The notes under the pieces are model-generated. The model worked only from the letters and a program-made list of their open reading frames with translations. It made no database searches and was not told the DNA's origin. This document shows, piece after piece, positions 25,879-38,830 of a stretch of DNA of 64,000 bases (positions are counted from its first letter, which is position 1; every line of letters begins with the position of its first letter). The translations under genes were made by a program, and so were the position numbers. The stretch comes from Octopus sinensis (Eukaryota): contig NC_043011.1 of the NCBI RefSeq assembly GCF_006345805.1, positions 4,712,001 through 4,776,000 on the forward strand, read 5' to 3'.

Positions 25879-26190
25879 GTGGAAAGCGCATGGATCAATG
25901 GTTAGAGCGTCGGGCTCACAATTCTGAGGGAGAGACTTCGATTCCCGGACCGGGTTTGTGTGTTGCAAGACACTTTATTTCATGTTGCTCCGGTTCACTC
26001 AGTTGTAGAAATGAGTTGCAATGTCACTGGTGCCGAGCTGTAGCAGACTTTCCCTTTCCCTTGGATAATGTCGTAGGCGTAGAGAGGGGAGGCTGGTATG
26101 CATGGGCGACTGCTTATCTTCTGTAAACAACCTTGCCCAGACATGTGCCTTAAAGGGAAACTTTCTAGGTGCAATCCAATGGTTATTCAT
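25879..26190 (+). mobile_element. tRNA-derived SINE family D
   Basis: tRNA-like head with A and B boxes (tggatcaatggttagagcg...ttcgattcccggacc) and a ccggttcactcagttgtagaaatgag central motif. Confidence 0.65.
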
Positions 26191-26193
26191 TTT

Positions 26194-26225
<32 letters not shown>

Positions 26226-26635
26226 CTATATATAATAACTTACTTGGAAAAGGATGCGTGGCGTTCGATCATATAATAATATAAATAATATATAAATATA
26301 TGCATATATACATATATGTACATACCTACATATATATATATATATACATGCATATATGGGTACAGGGCATCAAAGAAACGTTGACCACAATGAGAAACGA
26401 AAACATAAAAACAAAAACATAGAAACGAACTTTTTTCGAACAAAGAAAAAAAACAGAGAAACGTGACATACAACATAAAGAATATTCCCCTTCTTCAGTT
26501 GTCCCTGTTTCATCTACTCCGCGTTCGAGGGTAAGGACAAGACGCATCTTCGTTGAAACAATCCTTCCTGCAAAGCAAATTAAATAAAATTTGGGATTGT
26601 TTTCGGAGGGTGAAAGTGGTAACAAGAACAGGACA

Positions 26636-26980
26636 GTGAGAACAAAACAGTAAAAACCAACGTTAAGGGCTGTTAAGCCAATACGCTAGAAAAATTAATC
26701 TGAACGCTAGGAAGACGAGCTTATGAAGGAGACAGTATAAGCACGTTGGTGTCTTAACGAAGGTTTTTCACCGTTCCCTCTCTCTCACTCCTCCTTCTCG
26801 ACTCTCTCGTCGCTGACACGTGACGAAAGAGTATCTATCTGTCTGACAACTACCTTCGATAAAAAACCAACGTGCTTATAATGTCTCCTCCATAAGCTCG
26901 TCCTCCTAGCGTTCAGATTAATTGTTCTATTGTCTTGGCTTAACCGGCCTCAACATTTGTTTTTACTGTTTTGTTCTCAC
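26636..26980. mobile_element. Foldback/MITE-like element with ~128-bp imperfect terminal inverted repeats
   Basis: 26636-26763 matches the reverse complement of 26853-26980 (roughly 85-90% identical). Confidence 0.75.
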
Positions 26981-26994
26981 ATGCTACAAATGAA

Positions 26995-28790
26995 CCAACT
27001 AGTAAACATAATGATGGAAACAGAAGGGCTCAGCGACGACTCTGCATGTCTGGAAACCAATGAAAGACCAACAGACAAAATCAAAAACGAAACTGCGAAT
27101 ATCACAGGTCTGTAAAACAGCACTAAATAAGAAACTGCGTACACCACAGGTCCTCAAAACAAGGCAGGAAGTAGCAACGGCTGCAATAAGAACAATCAAA
27201 GCCGGACTGTGGTGAAAAACAGAGGCAGACAAAAAACTGACACAACCAGGAAAACTGATGCTCTGAAGCCCAATAGTAACAGGAAGAACAAGGACAAAGA
27301 CAAAAACCTAAAACGCCAAAAGGAAAAACGAAGGAACACAAAGAGAGAAACTGATAGAGACCAGGTTGCATGTAAATTTTACTTAAGTGGCATCTGTTGG
27401 CATGGAGAAAGGGGAGAAGGCTGCAGCTTTGCCCATCTGAAATTTTATCGGAACAACAAGCAGGGTAACCTTAGCAAAACATAGAGGGAAATCATCAAGT
27501 ATGGATCTGCAGGCTAATAGCGTACCAACAAGGTGAAACGCGTCTCAAAATACTGGAAAAAGAGATCAACGCATGCATTCTGCACCCCCCAAAAGGCAAT
27601 ATGCAAATACTGTAGAAACTGCAGCGATCGAACAACAGTCTTTTTTTAACATGGCCCAGAAGATAGTGCAGCTGCTGACATGGATGCACAGGATGCAAAG
27701 TCAAAGCCATACATTTCAATGCACAAGACCGCTTCAAGTGACAGGCCCAGGATGGCCACCACTAACACCTAGCCCGATATCGCACCTATAGTCCAACTGA
27801 ACATTGGATCTGCCAAAACTCAGCAACAGAGGTAAAATGCTCTATGTAAAAGATATGCAGTCAAGCAATATGCATAGCACTCACTGAAACGCATCTAACC
27901 CCTAATGTAACAGATGCAGAAGTACACATACAAGGCTATGCTGTATTTCGTGCAGACAAAAGAGGAAGAAGCCACGGCGGAGTTGCTACGTACGTCCGTG
28001 AAGATGTCACACCTTTTGCAATACTTTCACATTCAAACTCAGTTAGCGACACCTTGATAATGCATATAAAGCAAGTTGATGTAGCTGTATGCAAACTACA
28101 TCGTCCGTCGAATACCACAAAACATGACTGCAAATTTGAGGATAGCCTCAAACGCATCGAAGAGGTTTTAACAAGTCCGGACCAGGACATCAACTTACTC
28201 TTTCCGGGTGACTTCAACCTCCCACATGTTAAATATCGAGAAGGCCACTTCCCCTCTGGGACGTCACTGCATGGACAAAAGCATGCGCAGTCATCACTCG
28301 AACTTACTTATAATCTGTTCGTGGAGCAAGGCCGAACTTCTGCTTCACAAATAATGTGGATCTTATTCATAATGTGAAGGTGACACCAACAGCACTCCCA
28401 GGTCACAACATTGTTGAAGTAACTATGTATAGTCCTGCACGAACTGCTGGTGTCTACCCTATCAGACGATTCAAGCCTTACCCAGTTTGAATTTTTATAA
28501 AGCAAAATGGGAATCAATCTGCAAAGAGATTCATGAACGAAACTGGTTCAACAGTCTACGTATGCAGAAACTCAGCCAGTTTATGTCAACAGCGCAAGCT
28601 ATATGCACTAAATATACCCCAGAAAGAAAGGCCAGTACACGGTCAAACAAAATTGCGAGGGAAGGAAAAATCCTTATGAGACACAGGTCAAAGGTCTCAA
28701 TGTGGATGAATAGGTAACTGAAGGATAGGGAGAAGTCTATCAAAATACGGACGCTCCTAGAAATCGAAAACAAGATCAAACTCCCTCAAG
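26995..28790 (+). mobile_element. CR1/L2-group LINE 5' portion (ORF1 CCCH finger plus APE endonuclease), decayed
   Basis: CKFYLSGICWHGERGEGCSFAH; APE motifs LTETHL, RADKRGRSHGGVATY, GDFNLPHV, NFYKAKWESI. Confidence 0.8.
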
Positions 28791-28807
28791 AAAGGGATAG
28801 AGCAGCG

Positions 28808-28892
<85 letters not shown>

Positions 28893-29054
28893 GTGGGTCT
28901 GCGTGCGTGCGCATGTGTGTATTGATTACTTGTGTAAAATTCTATAAAAATACATATAGCTGTCATGATATATAAAATACAAAATACAATGTGAGCAGCC
29001 TAATATTTGATGTTTTGATTTAACATTGATCGGACTCCCTTCTCCATTCATCAT

Positions 29055-29880
29055 TGTATCATACAAGGTGTCTGCAAAAAAATGTATGTACACATTGAAT
29101 GTCTGTAAAACCAGCTTTAATTAAAATGCATTCCATTTTAAAATTTAGTAGAATCTACAGGCAGAATTTACAGAATTTAATTTATTTCAGTCCCTATTTC
29201 CAAACTGATGACCGATTTGGCCCTGGCACTGTTGAAAGCGAGAAACAATAGAATTGCAAGCATCAAGGAGCATTTCGTTCGGTATTTGTGCACATTCTGT
29301 TTTAATGGCTGCTCCCAATTCACCGATTTTATCTTTTAAATATCCTCATGAAAATAGAAGTTTAGTATTGTGAGGTCAAACCTTCTCGTCCAATCCACCT
29401 ATTTGACAAAATCACATCAAGGTAGGTCCCATACATTACTTTGGTAGTGTGGGAATACTTCATCGTGCTGGAAATAAAACTTGATGTTTTCAAAGTCCAC
29501 TTGAATGCTTAATATAACGGACTATCGCAGCAACTTCAAGTAAATGAGGCCGCTTATGGTGCATCAAAAACGAATGTACCAATTAATCCTTTTGACAATA
29601 AGTCGCACCTGGTTAATAAACATAATGTTTCTCCCTAACATGCAGATTCTTGGGCCCACTGTAGGTGCCGCTGTGTCGATTAATTGAAACATTTCGTTCA
29701 AATGTAGCCTTAAAACGCCAAACAAGTTTTGTTGGAAACATCTTTCTGTATATCTTGCCGAGTACCACTCACAAAATTCCACTCTTCGGTCCGGATTATC
29801 ATCGGCGAAAGCATGGACCATTCTTAGATGCTGCGCGTTCCATCCATATATTTTGTTTCGGCCTGGCAACCGAAGTACGC
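29055..29880 (-). mobile_element. Decayed Tc1/mariner-superfamily (Tc3-like) transposon fragment
   Basis: [14 protein letters not shown] and downstream transposase-like remnants; tacaaggtgtct TIR-like end at ~29057. Confidence 0.6.
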
Positions 29881-30318
29881 AATTAGATTATTTTTAGTGA
29901 TTTCTTATAAGAAACTAAGACTTTTAAGCAGTTTATAGTTTACCCACTCGGTATCTAGTACTGAAGATAGCGCAAAAGGTTCGAAATGCATCAGTTAGTA
30001 TATAGTAGGCTTTCTGAACTGACTTTGGTGTCTGTACACCTTTTGCCAAAAGCGAGACATTTTCTCCACAGCAAACTGGAACGAAAATGCCTTTTCATAA
30101 GTCAAATATAATTCAAACATATTTGAACTGATCAATAGTTTATTTTATACTACTGCTTTGCATGCCACCCGTGGCTCTGTGATGAGAAGTTTTCTTCCCA
30201 ACCACATGGTTCCAGGTCTAGTCCCATAGCGTGGCACTTTGAGCAAGTGTGTTCTAATATAGCCCAGGGTCAACCAGGACCTTATATATGGATTTGGAAG
30301 GCGGAAACTAAAAAAGTC

Positions 30319-30354
<36 letters not shown>

Positions 30355-30374
30355 ACTTAGATAGATAGATAGAT

Positions 30375-30457
<83 letters not shown>

Positions 30458-30559
30458 GGGTGTGTGTATGTGTGTCTGTCTGCATTTGTTCTCTAACGCT
30501 TGAAACCTGTGTTGGTGAGTTTGCTTTTAATGCTACTGGTAACATGTCACCCAGCAAAA

Positions 30560-31200
30560 CTTTTCGCATGCTAGGGCCGTTAGCGAGGGTGGTAAGGAGT
30601 GTGATTTTTGTTTGACTCCCTGCAAAAGGGAAAAACAAAACTTGTCAAAGGGCGGATGAACTCTTTTGAATCAACGACCATCCAACAGGTAAAACCACCA
30701 GGTGTGAAGGCAGCATTCTTCGGGCATATTCTGATGTAAAACCTGAAGTTTCACATGATTACTGCTCATCTTCCTTCGGCCTGTCACTTGGTACCAATCA
30801 TATAGACTCAAAGAGTGGTACTCCTGTTCTACAAGCGTTTGGCACTTTATTCCAATGACGTACAAATGTTTCTTTTTTTTTATGGGGACCTCATTTCTCA
30901 TTCCATCAACTGAAAATCTTTAGGCGATGTATGAATAGAAGCGTCTGGAAACCTAACCATTTGAAGGCGCGCATTTACAAAGTTGCACGTAGGCAGCAGA
31001 GTGTTTTATCATAACATCGTCAATGTGTCTTTCCGAGGCAGGAACTAACTCAGGTGGCGAGTTACAACTTTAGTCTGTCTCCTGTGTTCCAAAGCATGCA
31101 GATCTGCAGCAGGACTGAATAGTCATATGAACGTCGAAGATGCCATTGACAAACGAGTAAGCTCAGAGATAACAATCGTCTGTGAGGACAGGAATCACTT
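30560..31200 (+). mobile_element. Internally deleted RTE-like element
   Basis: 5' UTR-like ggatgaactcttttgaatcaacgaccatcc and 3' [10 protein letters not shown]-like/atcgtctgtgaggac end. Confidence 0.4.
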
Positions 31201-31294
31201 TATACATACATACATACATACATACATACATACATACATACATACATACATACATACATACATACATACATACACACATACACACACACACAAG

Positions 31295-31344
<50 letters not shown>

Positions 31345-31476
31345 TATATACATACATATATATATATATATACATACATATATATACAGCAAAATTTAGA
31401 TTCAAATGAATATGGTACTTAAGTTAGATGCATCAGAATTTTGTATGGTGTTATCCATATAAATCCATGGGGTGAT

Positions 31477-31673
31477 TATAATCAAAATAAGCAACAAGAA
31501 TAACTTCGGTAATTTGGTACGATCGTTTCGCACTACACATCATTTTATTAAATGTTGTAAGTATTACAACATTTTAAAAATGTTGTAATACTTACAAAAT
31601 TTAATAAAATGATGTAGTGCGAAACGATCGTACCAAATTACCGAAGTTATTCTTCTTGCTTATTTTGATTATA
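31477..31673. repeat. Near-perfect ~197-bp palindrome
   Basis: Arms differ by 2 substitutions, a 2-nt indel and 1 nt at the centre; each arm carries GAAA-cgatcg-T-a-ccaaatt (3' half of a hammerhead fold). Confidence 0.9.
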
Positions 31674-31737
31674 CATATATATACATATATATATGTATTT
31701 ACACATACATACATACATCTCTCTCTTCCTTCTTTAT

Positions 31738-31772
31738 GTTTCCGACGAAGAGCTCCGCTCGAAACGTCATAC
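31738..31772 (+). ncRNA. Minimal type I hammerhead-like motif, CCGACGA core
   Basis: gttt CCGACGA a gagc tcc gctc GAAA cg T c atac; one mismatch in stem I. Confidence 0.65.
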
Positions 31773-31858
31773 CTCCCTGCTTCCTTTTCCTGAGCGCCTA
31801 TTAATAATAATACTGTAATTGTTCCATTGTTGTTGTTTTTTTGTTTCCCGTTTGGATT

Positions 31859-31922
<64 letters not shown>

Positions 31923-32134
31923 TTATATTTGTATTTATGTACATACATATATATGTGTGTGCATATATATACATACATATGTATATTTATGTATGTATAT
32001 ATATGTATATATATATATGTATATGCATATATGTACATGTATGTACATATAAGTATATGTGTACATACCTATATAATAGTATGAATGTTCGCGCGCGCAC
32101 ACGCATACACACATATTCATATAGATAGATAGAT

Positions 32135-32189
<55 letters not shown>

Positions 32190-32925
32190 AATAGATTTGT
32201 AGTTATCATTGCTCATAATCTACAACAGCGCCATTAATCCCCTCACCAGAAGGCCATTTGTTATGAAACGTTATCTCTCTAACAATTTCGCTCAGTTATT
32301 AATAAATGTCTACTTCACATTTCTCGTTTCTAATTTTTTTGAGGTGAAACGTCTTTTTGCTCCTTAGCATTTAGAAAATACTGCTTTTTAATAGGTTCCT
32401 ACTTTCTTCGGCATGCCCCACTCTACTTCGAAATTGCTTTATGAAAGACAAAGAAATTGTGTTGGTATGTTTGTAAAAAGACACTACAATACTGTGAGCA
32501 CAGATAGACTAGTTAAAATGCGAAGAACCGCCTTTAATATGGCGTGAAATTAAACGATTTGAAAATACTGGGAAATAAATTGTTTGGATGAAAAGGATAT
32601 TTATTCGTGTTTGACCCGCTGGGTTTCAAATTTGAAGAGAAAATGTTTCGTAAGTGCGTTAACAGAAACAGTGAATCATCAATGTAATTACCTAACTGGA
32701 TTTAGTTTCGTCCCGCTATATTCTGCGTTCGAATCTCGTGATGTTCGACTTTATCGTTTCCTTTTCTTTTGTTTTTTTTTTCTGTAGTTAGGAATCGTTT
32801 CAAAAGATAAAGGCCAATATTACACTCGTGCCGATTTAGCCAACTCTACTTCTGTTCCACTTTGAAAAAATAGCAATGTACCTATTTGTGAGAGAACAGT
32901 TATATATATTTCTTTCAATAATGGA

Positions 32926-33307
32926 TGGAAGCACTCCGTCGGTTACGACGATGAGGGTTCCGGTTGATCCGACCAACGGAACAGCCTGCTCGTGAAATTA
33001 ACATGTAAGTGGCTGAGCACTCCACAGACACGTGTACCCTTAACGTAGTTCTCGGGGATATTCAGCGTGACACAGAGAGTGACAAGGCCGGCCCTTTGAA
33101 ATACAGGTACAACAGAAACAGGAAGTAAGAGTGAGAGAAAGTTGTGGTGAAAGAGTACAGCAGGGATCACCACCATCCCCTGCCGGAGCCTCGTGGAGCT
33201 TTAGGTGTTTTCGCTCAATAAACACTCACAACGCCCGGTCTGGGAATCGAAACCGCGATCCTACGACTGCGAGTCCGCTGCCCTAACCACTGGGCCATTG
33301 CGCCTCC
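32926..33307 (-). mobile_element. SINE family B, full-length, tail type 2
   Basis: tRNA-like head ggaggcgcaatggcccagtggttagggcagcggactcgc...ttcgattcccagacc and a distinct 3' module. Confidence 0.85.
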
Positions 33308-34723
33308 TTCCTTCAATAATAGGCCCAAGGCTACAAATTTTGGTAGAAGGCTGGTTGATTACATGGACACTAGTGCTCAATTAGTTTCATTGAACGCGAA
33401 AGGATGAAAGGTAAGGTTGACCTCTATGAGATTTGAGCTCGAACGTAAAGACTCAGAAGAAATTCCGCTAAGCATTTTTGTTCGCCGCACTAACGATTCC
33501 GCCAGTTCGCCGCTTCGGCGGAATCCAGAAACTATAAGCAATTTTTTCATTTACCTGAAGACTACTCAAGTCTTCATTAATCTGAAGACTTTTTGTAGAG
33601 TACATATTCTGTAGCAAGAATATATTGTTAATACATAAGATATATATATATATACACACACATACTCTCTTTCTCTCTCTTTTCCTCCCTCAACACACAC
33701 ATATTTATATGTGACAGTTGTCCGTATTTGATTGAGTAAGTTTTCGTCTACTGTTTTCACTCACAAGGCATTGATCTGCCCGGGCCTATAATAAAAAAAA
33801 ACGCCCAAGGTGTCCCGCGGAGGAACTGAACCCCAAACCAGGTGCTCATAAAGCGAGCTTCTTAACAGCACAACCTTTTATTAGCAATTTATAAGTATTA
33901 AAATTATTTTGCTCTCCATTCATAAAACTGATCCCACGTTTTCAACTACTATGGCTGTTAGTCGAAAGTAATGGTGGTGCGATCTACATCAATTTCAACG
34001 ATCGGTATTCACCTGTTCAATTGACTGCTTCTATTCCTAAAATTAAATCGCAAAGGGCAAGGTATTCCCTAGGCAAGTGTATTCCTAATGTAACTTGCTT
34101 AACGTAAGGTAGTAAAGCTGACGATCGGAAATGCGAATTCGGAATCGACAAATGTAAGGTGACAGCCATTTGCAATTATATATATATGAAAATATGAGCA
34201 GAGTCTGGCAGTGAACCATGTCGTCGTCATTTTGTGCATGTGTGTAAAATGGCGAAATTTTACGCTTTGGGGCAGATTTCGTCAAATTGATGTTACGACG
34301 GCGAGTGTACAAAATGCTTAAATTTTGCTTGAGAAATAAAATGCTCTTACCTAATCAAAATTTGAAACGCTAGGGAATTAACGAAATGAAATAATAAGTT
34401 TTAGCAAATCAAAACAATATGCATTGAAATGCAGAATTAGCAAATGCTAAATAGATTACCGTTAATAAGCTGTCTGTTTATACCCATGAAACATTTTTCG
34501 TCAAATTTCGGATTGATGTCACGATGGCTAGTGCGAAAAATGTCAAAATTTTACGACTTTTTGAGAAATCGATGGTGATTAAAAATCAATTTAAAAAAAA
34601 AAATTCCAATTGCGTAAGTAACCAATTAGGCATAATCCCCACACAAGTGTGTTGGATAGTCTAGGAGGAATTAAAGTAACAAATTCACAAACACAAAAAC
34701 TTGCAATTTATTATATATATATA

Positions 34724-34902
34724 TAAAATAATATGTGACAATTATTCGAAGAGATGGTGTTGTGGATTTCCACCTCGGCATCCGAAACTCAGAGTTTTAT
34801 CTTGGCTATTGTATAATTGTCACATATTATTTTACAGATAAATTTCCTCTATTCACATAATATTGAGGTCTCTTTCATTCTTTTGTTATCTTACCGTTTT
34901 TA

Positions 34903-34905
<3 letters not shown>
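34724..34905 (+). mobile_element. Second copy of the 22.4-kb PLE-tail-like element, with a 22-bp inverted 5' segment
   Basis: cgaagagatggtgttgtggatttccac...gaaactcagagttttatctt shared with 22446-22502; 34724-34745 is the reverse complement of 34813-34834. Confidence 0.8.
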
Positions 34906-34944
<39 letters not shown>

Positions 34945-34992
34945 TATATATTGTTTTAGCCTACATATATATGTGTGTGTGTGTGTGTATGT

Positions 34993-35290
34993 GTGGAGGC
35001 GCAATGGCCTAGTGGTTAGGGCAGCGGACTCGCTTTCGATTCCCAGACCGGGTGTTGTGAGTGTTTATTGAGCGAAAACACCTAAAGCTTCACGAAGCTC
35101 CAGCAAGGGGTGGTGGCGATCCTTTCTGTACTCTTTCACCACAACTTTCTCTCACTCTTTCTTCTGTTGGCTTGCTCGCTTAGACAGCGGGGTGGCGTCA
35201 TTTGAAGGCTAAAACAATGCGAAGTGCATTGTGACCAGCGATGTGTAGCAACATCTGATAGCCTGGTCGGTCATGGTGATCACGGTGATA
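34993..35290 (+). mobile_element. SINE family B, tail type 3
   Basis: Same head and central module as 32926-33307; 3' module shared with 22760-22900. Confidence 0.8.
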
Positions 35291-35618
35291 TATATGTATG
35301 TATATAAACGTGTGTGTCTGTGTATCCATGTCTAAGTATGTATGTATTAATGCATATATATGAATCCCACGTAATTTTCAGTTTTCCCCCACATGTCCAT
35401 ATGAATTTTACTATTTATTCTTTTTCGTGTGCACTAAAATCATTTTCCATAGTCGCAATATTTTTTTAGCAAGGCATAATATTGTATTCAATATATCTAA
35501 TCTCTGTCACGTGATGTTTAAAGTTGCCCTTCTTGGACCCTGATGTTCTAGGATCGCATATCAGGCAATCATTAATACTGCACGTTGCTGCGTAACTAGG
35601 GGTTAGCTCTCACCGAAC

Positions 35619-35974
35619 AGAAACAATAGAATTGCAAGCATCAAGGAGCATTTCGTTCGGTATTTGTGCACATTCTGTTTTAATGGCTGCTCCCAATTCA
35701 CCGATTTTATCTTTTAAATAACCTCATAAAAATAGAAGTTTAGTATTGTGAGGTCAAACCTTCTCGCCCAATCCACCTATTTGACAAAATCACATCAAAG
35801 TAGGTCCCTTACATTACTTTGGTAGTGTGGGAATACTTCATCGTGCTGGAAATAAAACTTGATGTTTTCAAAGTCCACTTGAATGCTTAATATAACGGAC
35901 TATCGCAGCAACTTCAAGTAAATGAGGCCGCTTATGGTGCATCAAAAACGAATGTTCCAATTAATCCTTTTGAC
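35619..35974 (-). repeat. 356-bp duplicate of 29241-29596 (Tc3-like fragment)
   Basis: About 6 substitutions and no indels over 356 bp. Confidence 0.9.
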
Positions 35975-35979
35975 TTGTA

Positions 35980-36600
35980 AGTAATCGGTCGATGGAACGT
36001 GGTTCAGTGATTCATTGATTAAATATACCATATCTCCTCCAGCTGGAATATGCTATATACTCATGCATACTGAAATCTATTCAAACTGCGCAGACTGCTT
36101 TGTTTTCACTATTCTGTCTTTTTTTTCATGTACTTTTAAATTCTGGTGTCGGCTGCATTGAGCCAAGTGAAGTGGGCCGAGTACGAAGGAGAGTGATTTT
36201 GTACATCTGTACTCATTATTTGAACAGTGTACTTTCATAAAATGTTAGGAGCTGTTCTAAGATAATGATGTAGCAGCTGTTTCTGTGCATATGGTACTTA
36301 TAAGGAAGAGTGGAAGAGTTGGATTGTAATTTACTAAGGTTTTAAGGATGTTGTTTGGAGCTGATTATGGGGAATGATCTAGCAGTGACTATAACAACTG
36401 AGGCTTGTTGCAATACCCAACTGTACTTATAACATGTCCAGGAGGTCATGCAGTGAGTATTATTTTTATTCTATTTTGTCAGTGGACTTTATGACGTAGC
36501 TTTGTCTGCAAGAAGTAAAGTTTGCTGCAGTAACAATCGGTGCATCTTGCATGTCCAGGTGAACTTTAAGCTGGAGTGTTATTTTTTTTATTTCATTGTA
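35980..36600 (-). mobile_element. Highly decayed LINE RT fragment (Jockey/CR1-like)
   Basis: Minus-strand tactcggcccacttc...gcagccgacacc resembles the VLGPLL...TAD RT motif. Confidence 0.4.
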
Positions 36601-37054
36601 TTGGTGGTCTTTGAGTAGTGTGGGAGAATAATAACTTTGCGCTTTTATGTTTTCTGCCTGTTACATCTGGCATGTTTTAATAAAGAAAAAGAAAAGAAAG
36701 GAAGAACATACTGCTCCATTGCATAACATAAGCAAGGAACAAAGCTTGAAGGTTTATGATGGGAAAATCTGTACTCAAAACGTTTGCACAATGAGAAATG
36801 ACCCGTAACCAAGAGCAGAAGCAACAACAGTATACATACATACATACATAACATACATACATACATACATACATACATACATACATACATACATACATAA
36901 CATATATACATACATACATACAGACAGACAGGCATACGTATATGAGTGGAGGGGGTACATGTGTATGTATCATCAAACCTTTGTGGTATATTTGTATTTA
37001 CCAAACCTGTAGATAGAAATCATTACATAAGTTATAATAATTACACACACACAC

Positions 37055-37094
<40 letters not shown>

Positions 37095-37527
37095 ATGTGT
37101 GTGTGTGTGTGTGTGTTTTTGTTTGTTTTTTTGTTTTTGTTTTTCCAGTTTCAGCTCTTGAGCTGTGGCCATGCTGGGGCACCGCCATTAAAAAACAAGG
37201 GGACACCCGGGTATATATATAATATATATATATGTATATATATAATATTTTAATCGAGAAAAGTAACAAAGTGTCTCAAGAGCCGGGAGCCGCACGCACG
37301 GCACTTTATCAAAGTCGCATAATTTTTAGACTTTATGTCTATATTAGGAAGCGGATAGTTACTGTGCCTTATCAGAATTTTCTCTGGCGTTACGTTTTGA
37401 GTTCAACTTTCGTCGAAACCGACTTTTCGGAATCGATAAATTAAGTACACGTTCAGCACTTGGGATGATGTAATCAACCATCTCCCTTCCCTAAAGTTAC
37501 TGATTTAGTACCAAAATTTGAAACCTC

Positions 37528-37574
<47 letters not shown>

Positions 37575-38735
37575 GATTTTATTCTTACCATTTCTTGCCG
37601 AATGTCCTCCCGACACCTAGGGCAAAGAGATTCACTGTATACGTCGATAAGCCATTAAAATATACGCACTAGATTGTCTGTTTACAAGATGAAAGGAAAT
37701 TACGTGGAAAAATAAAAAGAAAATAAAGAAAAAAATTGTACATGGGTGTAATCGTTCTCACAGCGATAATGCTCTTTTCAATGCAGTGTGAGATACCAGT
37801 TAAAACAATCATTTGCACTTTTTGTTCGGATGGTAAACCAGTGATCGTTCTCAGATAACTTTCAGTTCCTTTTTTGATCATTCTAAGCTCTCCTACAACC
37901 AATGGTTTTGTAAATACCTTGAGATGTCACATTTTTTCGACTTCAAAGAGCAAATTTTTATATTTTCTGAGCTTGTCAAATTCTTTTGCCGAGATATCAT
38001 GATCACAAGGGATTATCATGTCGATTAATAAACAGACTTCATTGTTTTAGTTTTTCACAAAAATATCCGATTTATTAGCTGCGATGGTTTCGTCTATATT
38101 TACTGGAAAGTCCCAAAGAATCGCTACATTTTCTCCCTTAGTTACAGCCCTAGGGTGGTGCTTATACCACTTGTTAACACTTTTGGTTTTATAACGTTGA
38201 CATATTAACCAGTGTAGGTATTGGCCGAGTCTGTCTGTTTTTTTTAATACTCTATAGGTGCTAAAACTTTGCACTCAGAGATTAGATAGTTCACTGTTTT
38301 AATTTCATCATTGAAGAATCAGCATTTGGATCTACTCCATTTTTCATCACATTGGCTTGTTAGTTCTGGATCAATAAGCTTTGATCTTGAGCAGCTAATT
38401 TGAAGCCTTCGGTCTCTGCCATTAGTCCTGAGCTTCGTAGCCATTAATGGGTGTGCTTCTGGTCAACATCAGTTTGTTTGCTGCGGGACACATATTTGCC
38501 TTGCAGAAATTTCTGCTCTCTTCTGGCAGTCGATTGTTCATGCTCTTGTTTCCTTGCCAATAATATCACCTTCTTTGCAACAACAGTTGCTGCACTTCAC
38601 TCAGGCTGTTCAGCCTGGGTATCATACATGAAATTAATAGCAAATTCTTTGCTCTCCTTCAACGCAGAATGAAGTTTTTTTATGCCTTTCATGATTTTCA
38701 GCGAGTTTTAGCATCCAGTCGCTAGTTGCTTCATC
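37528..38735 (-). mobile_element. 5'-truncated R4/Dong-clade element ending in (TAA)~15
   Basis: DRLGQYLHWLIC, ILWDFPVNIDETIAANKSDI and VVGELRMIKKG motifs (RLE region); 3' end abuts (TAA)n. Confidence 0.85.
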
Positions 38736-38830
38736 ATCATCATCATCATCATCACCATCATCAACATCATCATCATCATTGCCGTCATCGTTTATGTACA
38801 TATATATGTACAGACACACGCATATATATA

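Noticed and set aside
33240-33307. tRNA-like sequences (SINE heads of families A-D)
   Set aside because: They continue into SINE bodies and tails and occur as many decayed copies, so they are not called tRNA genes.
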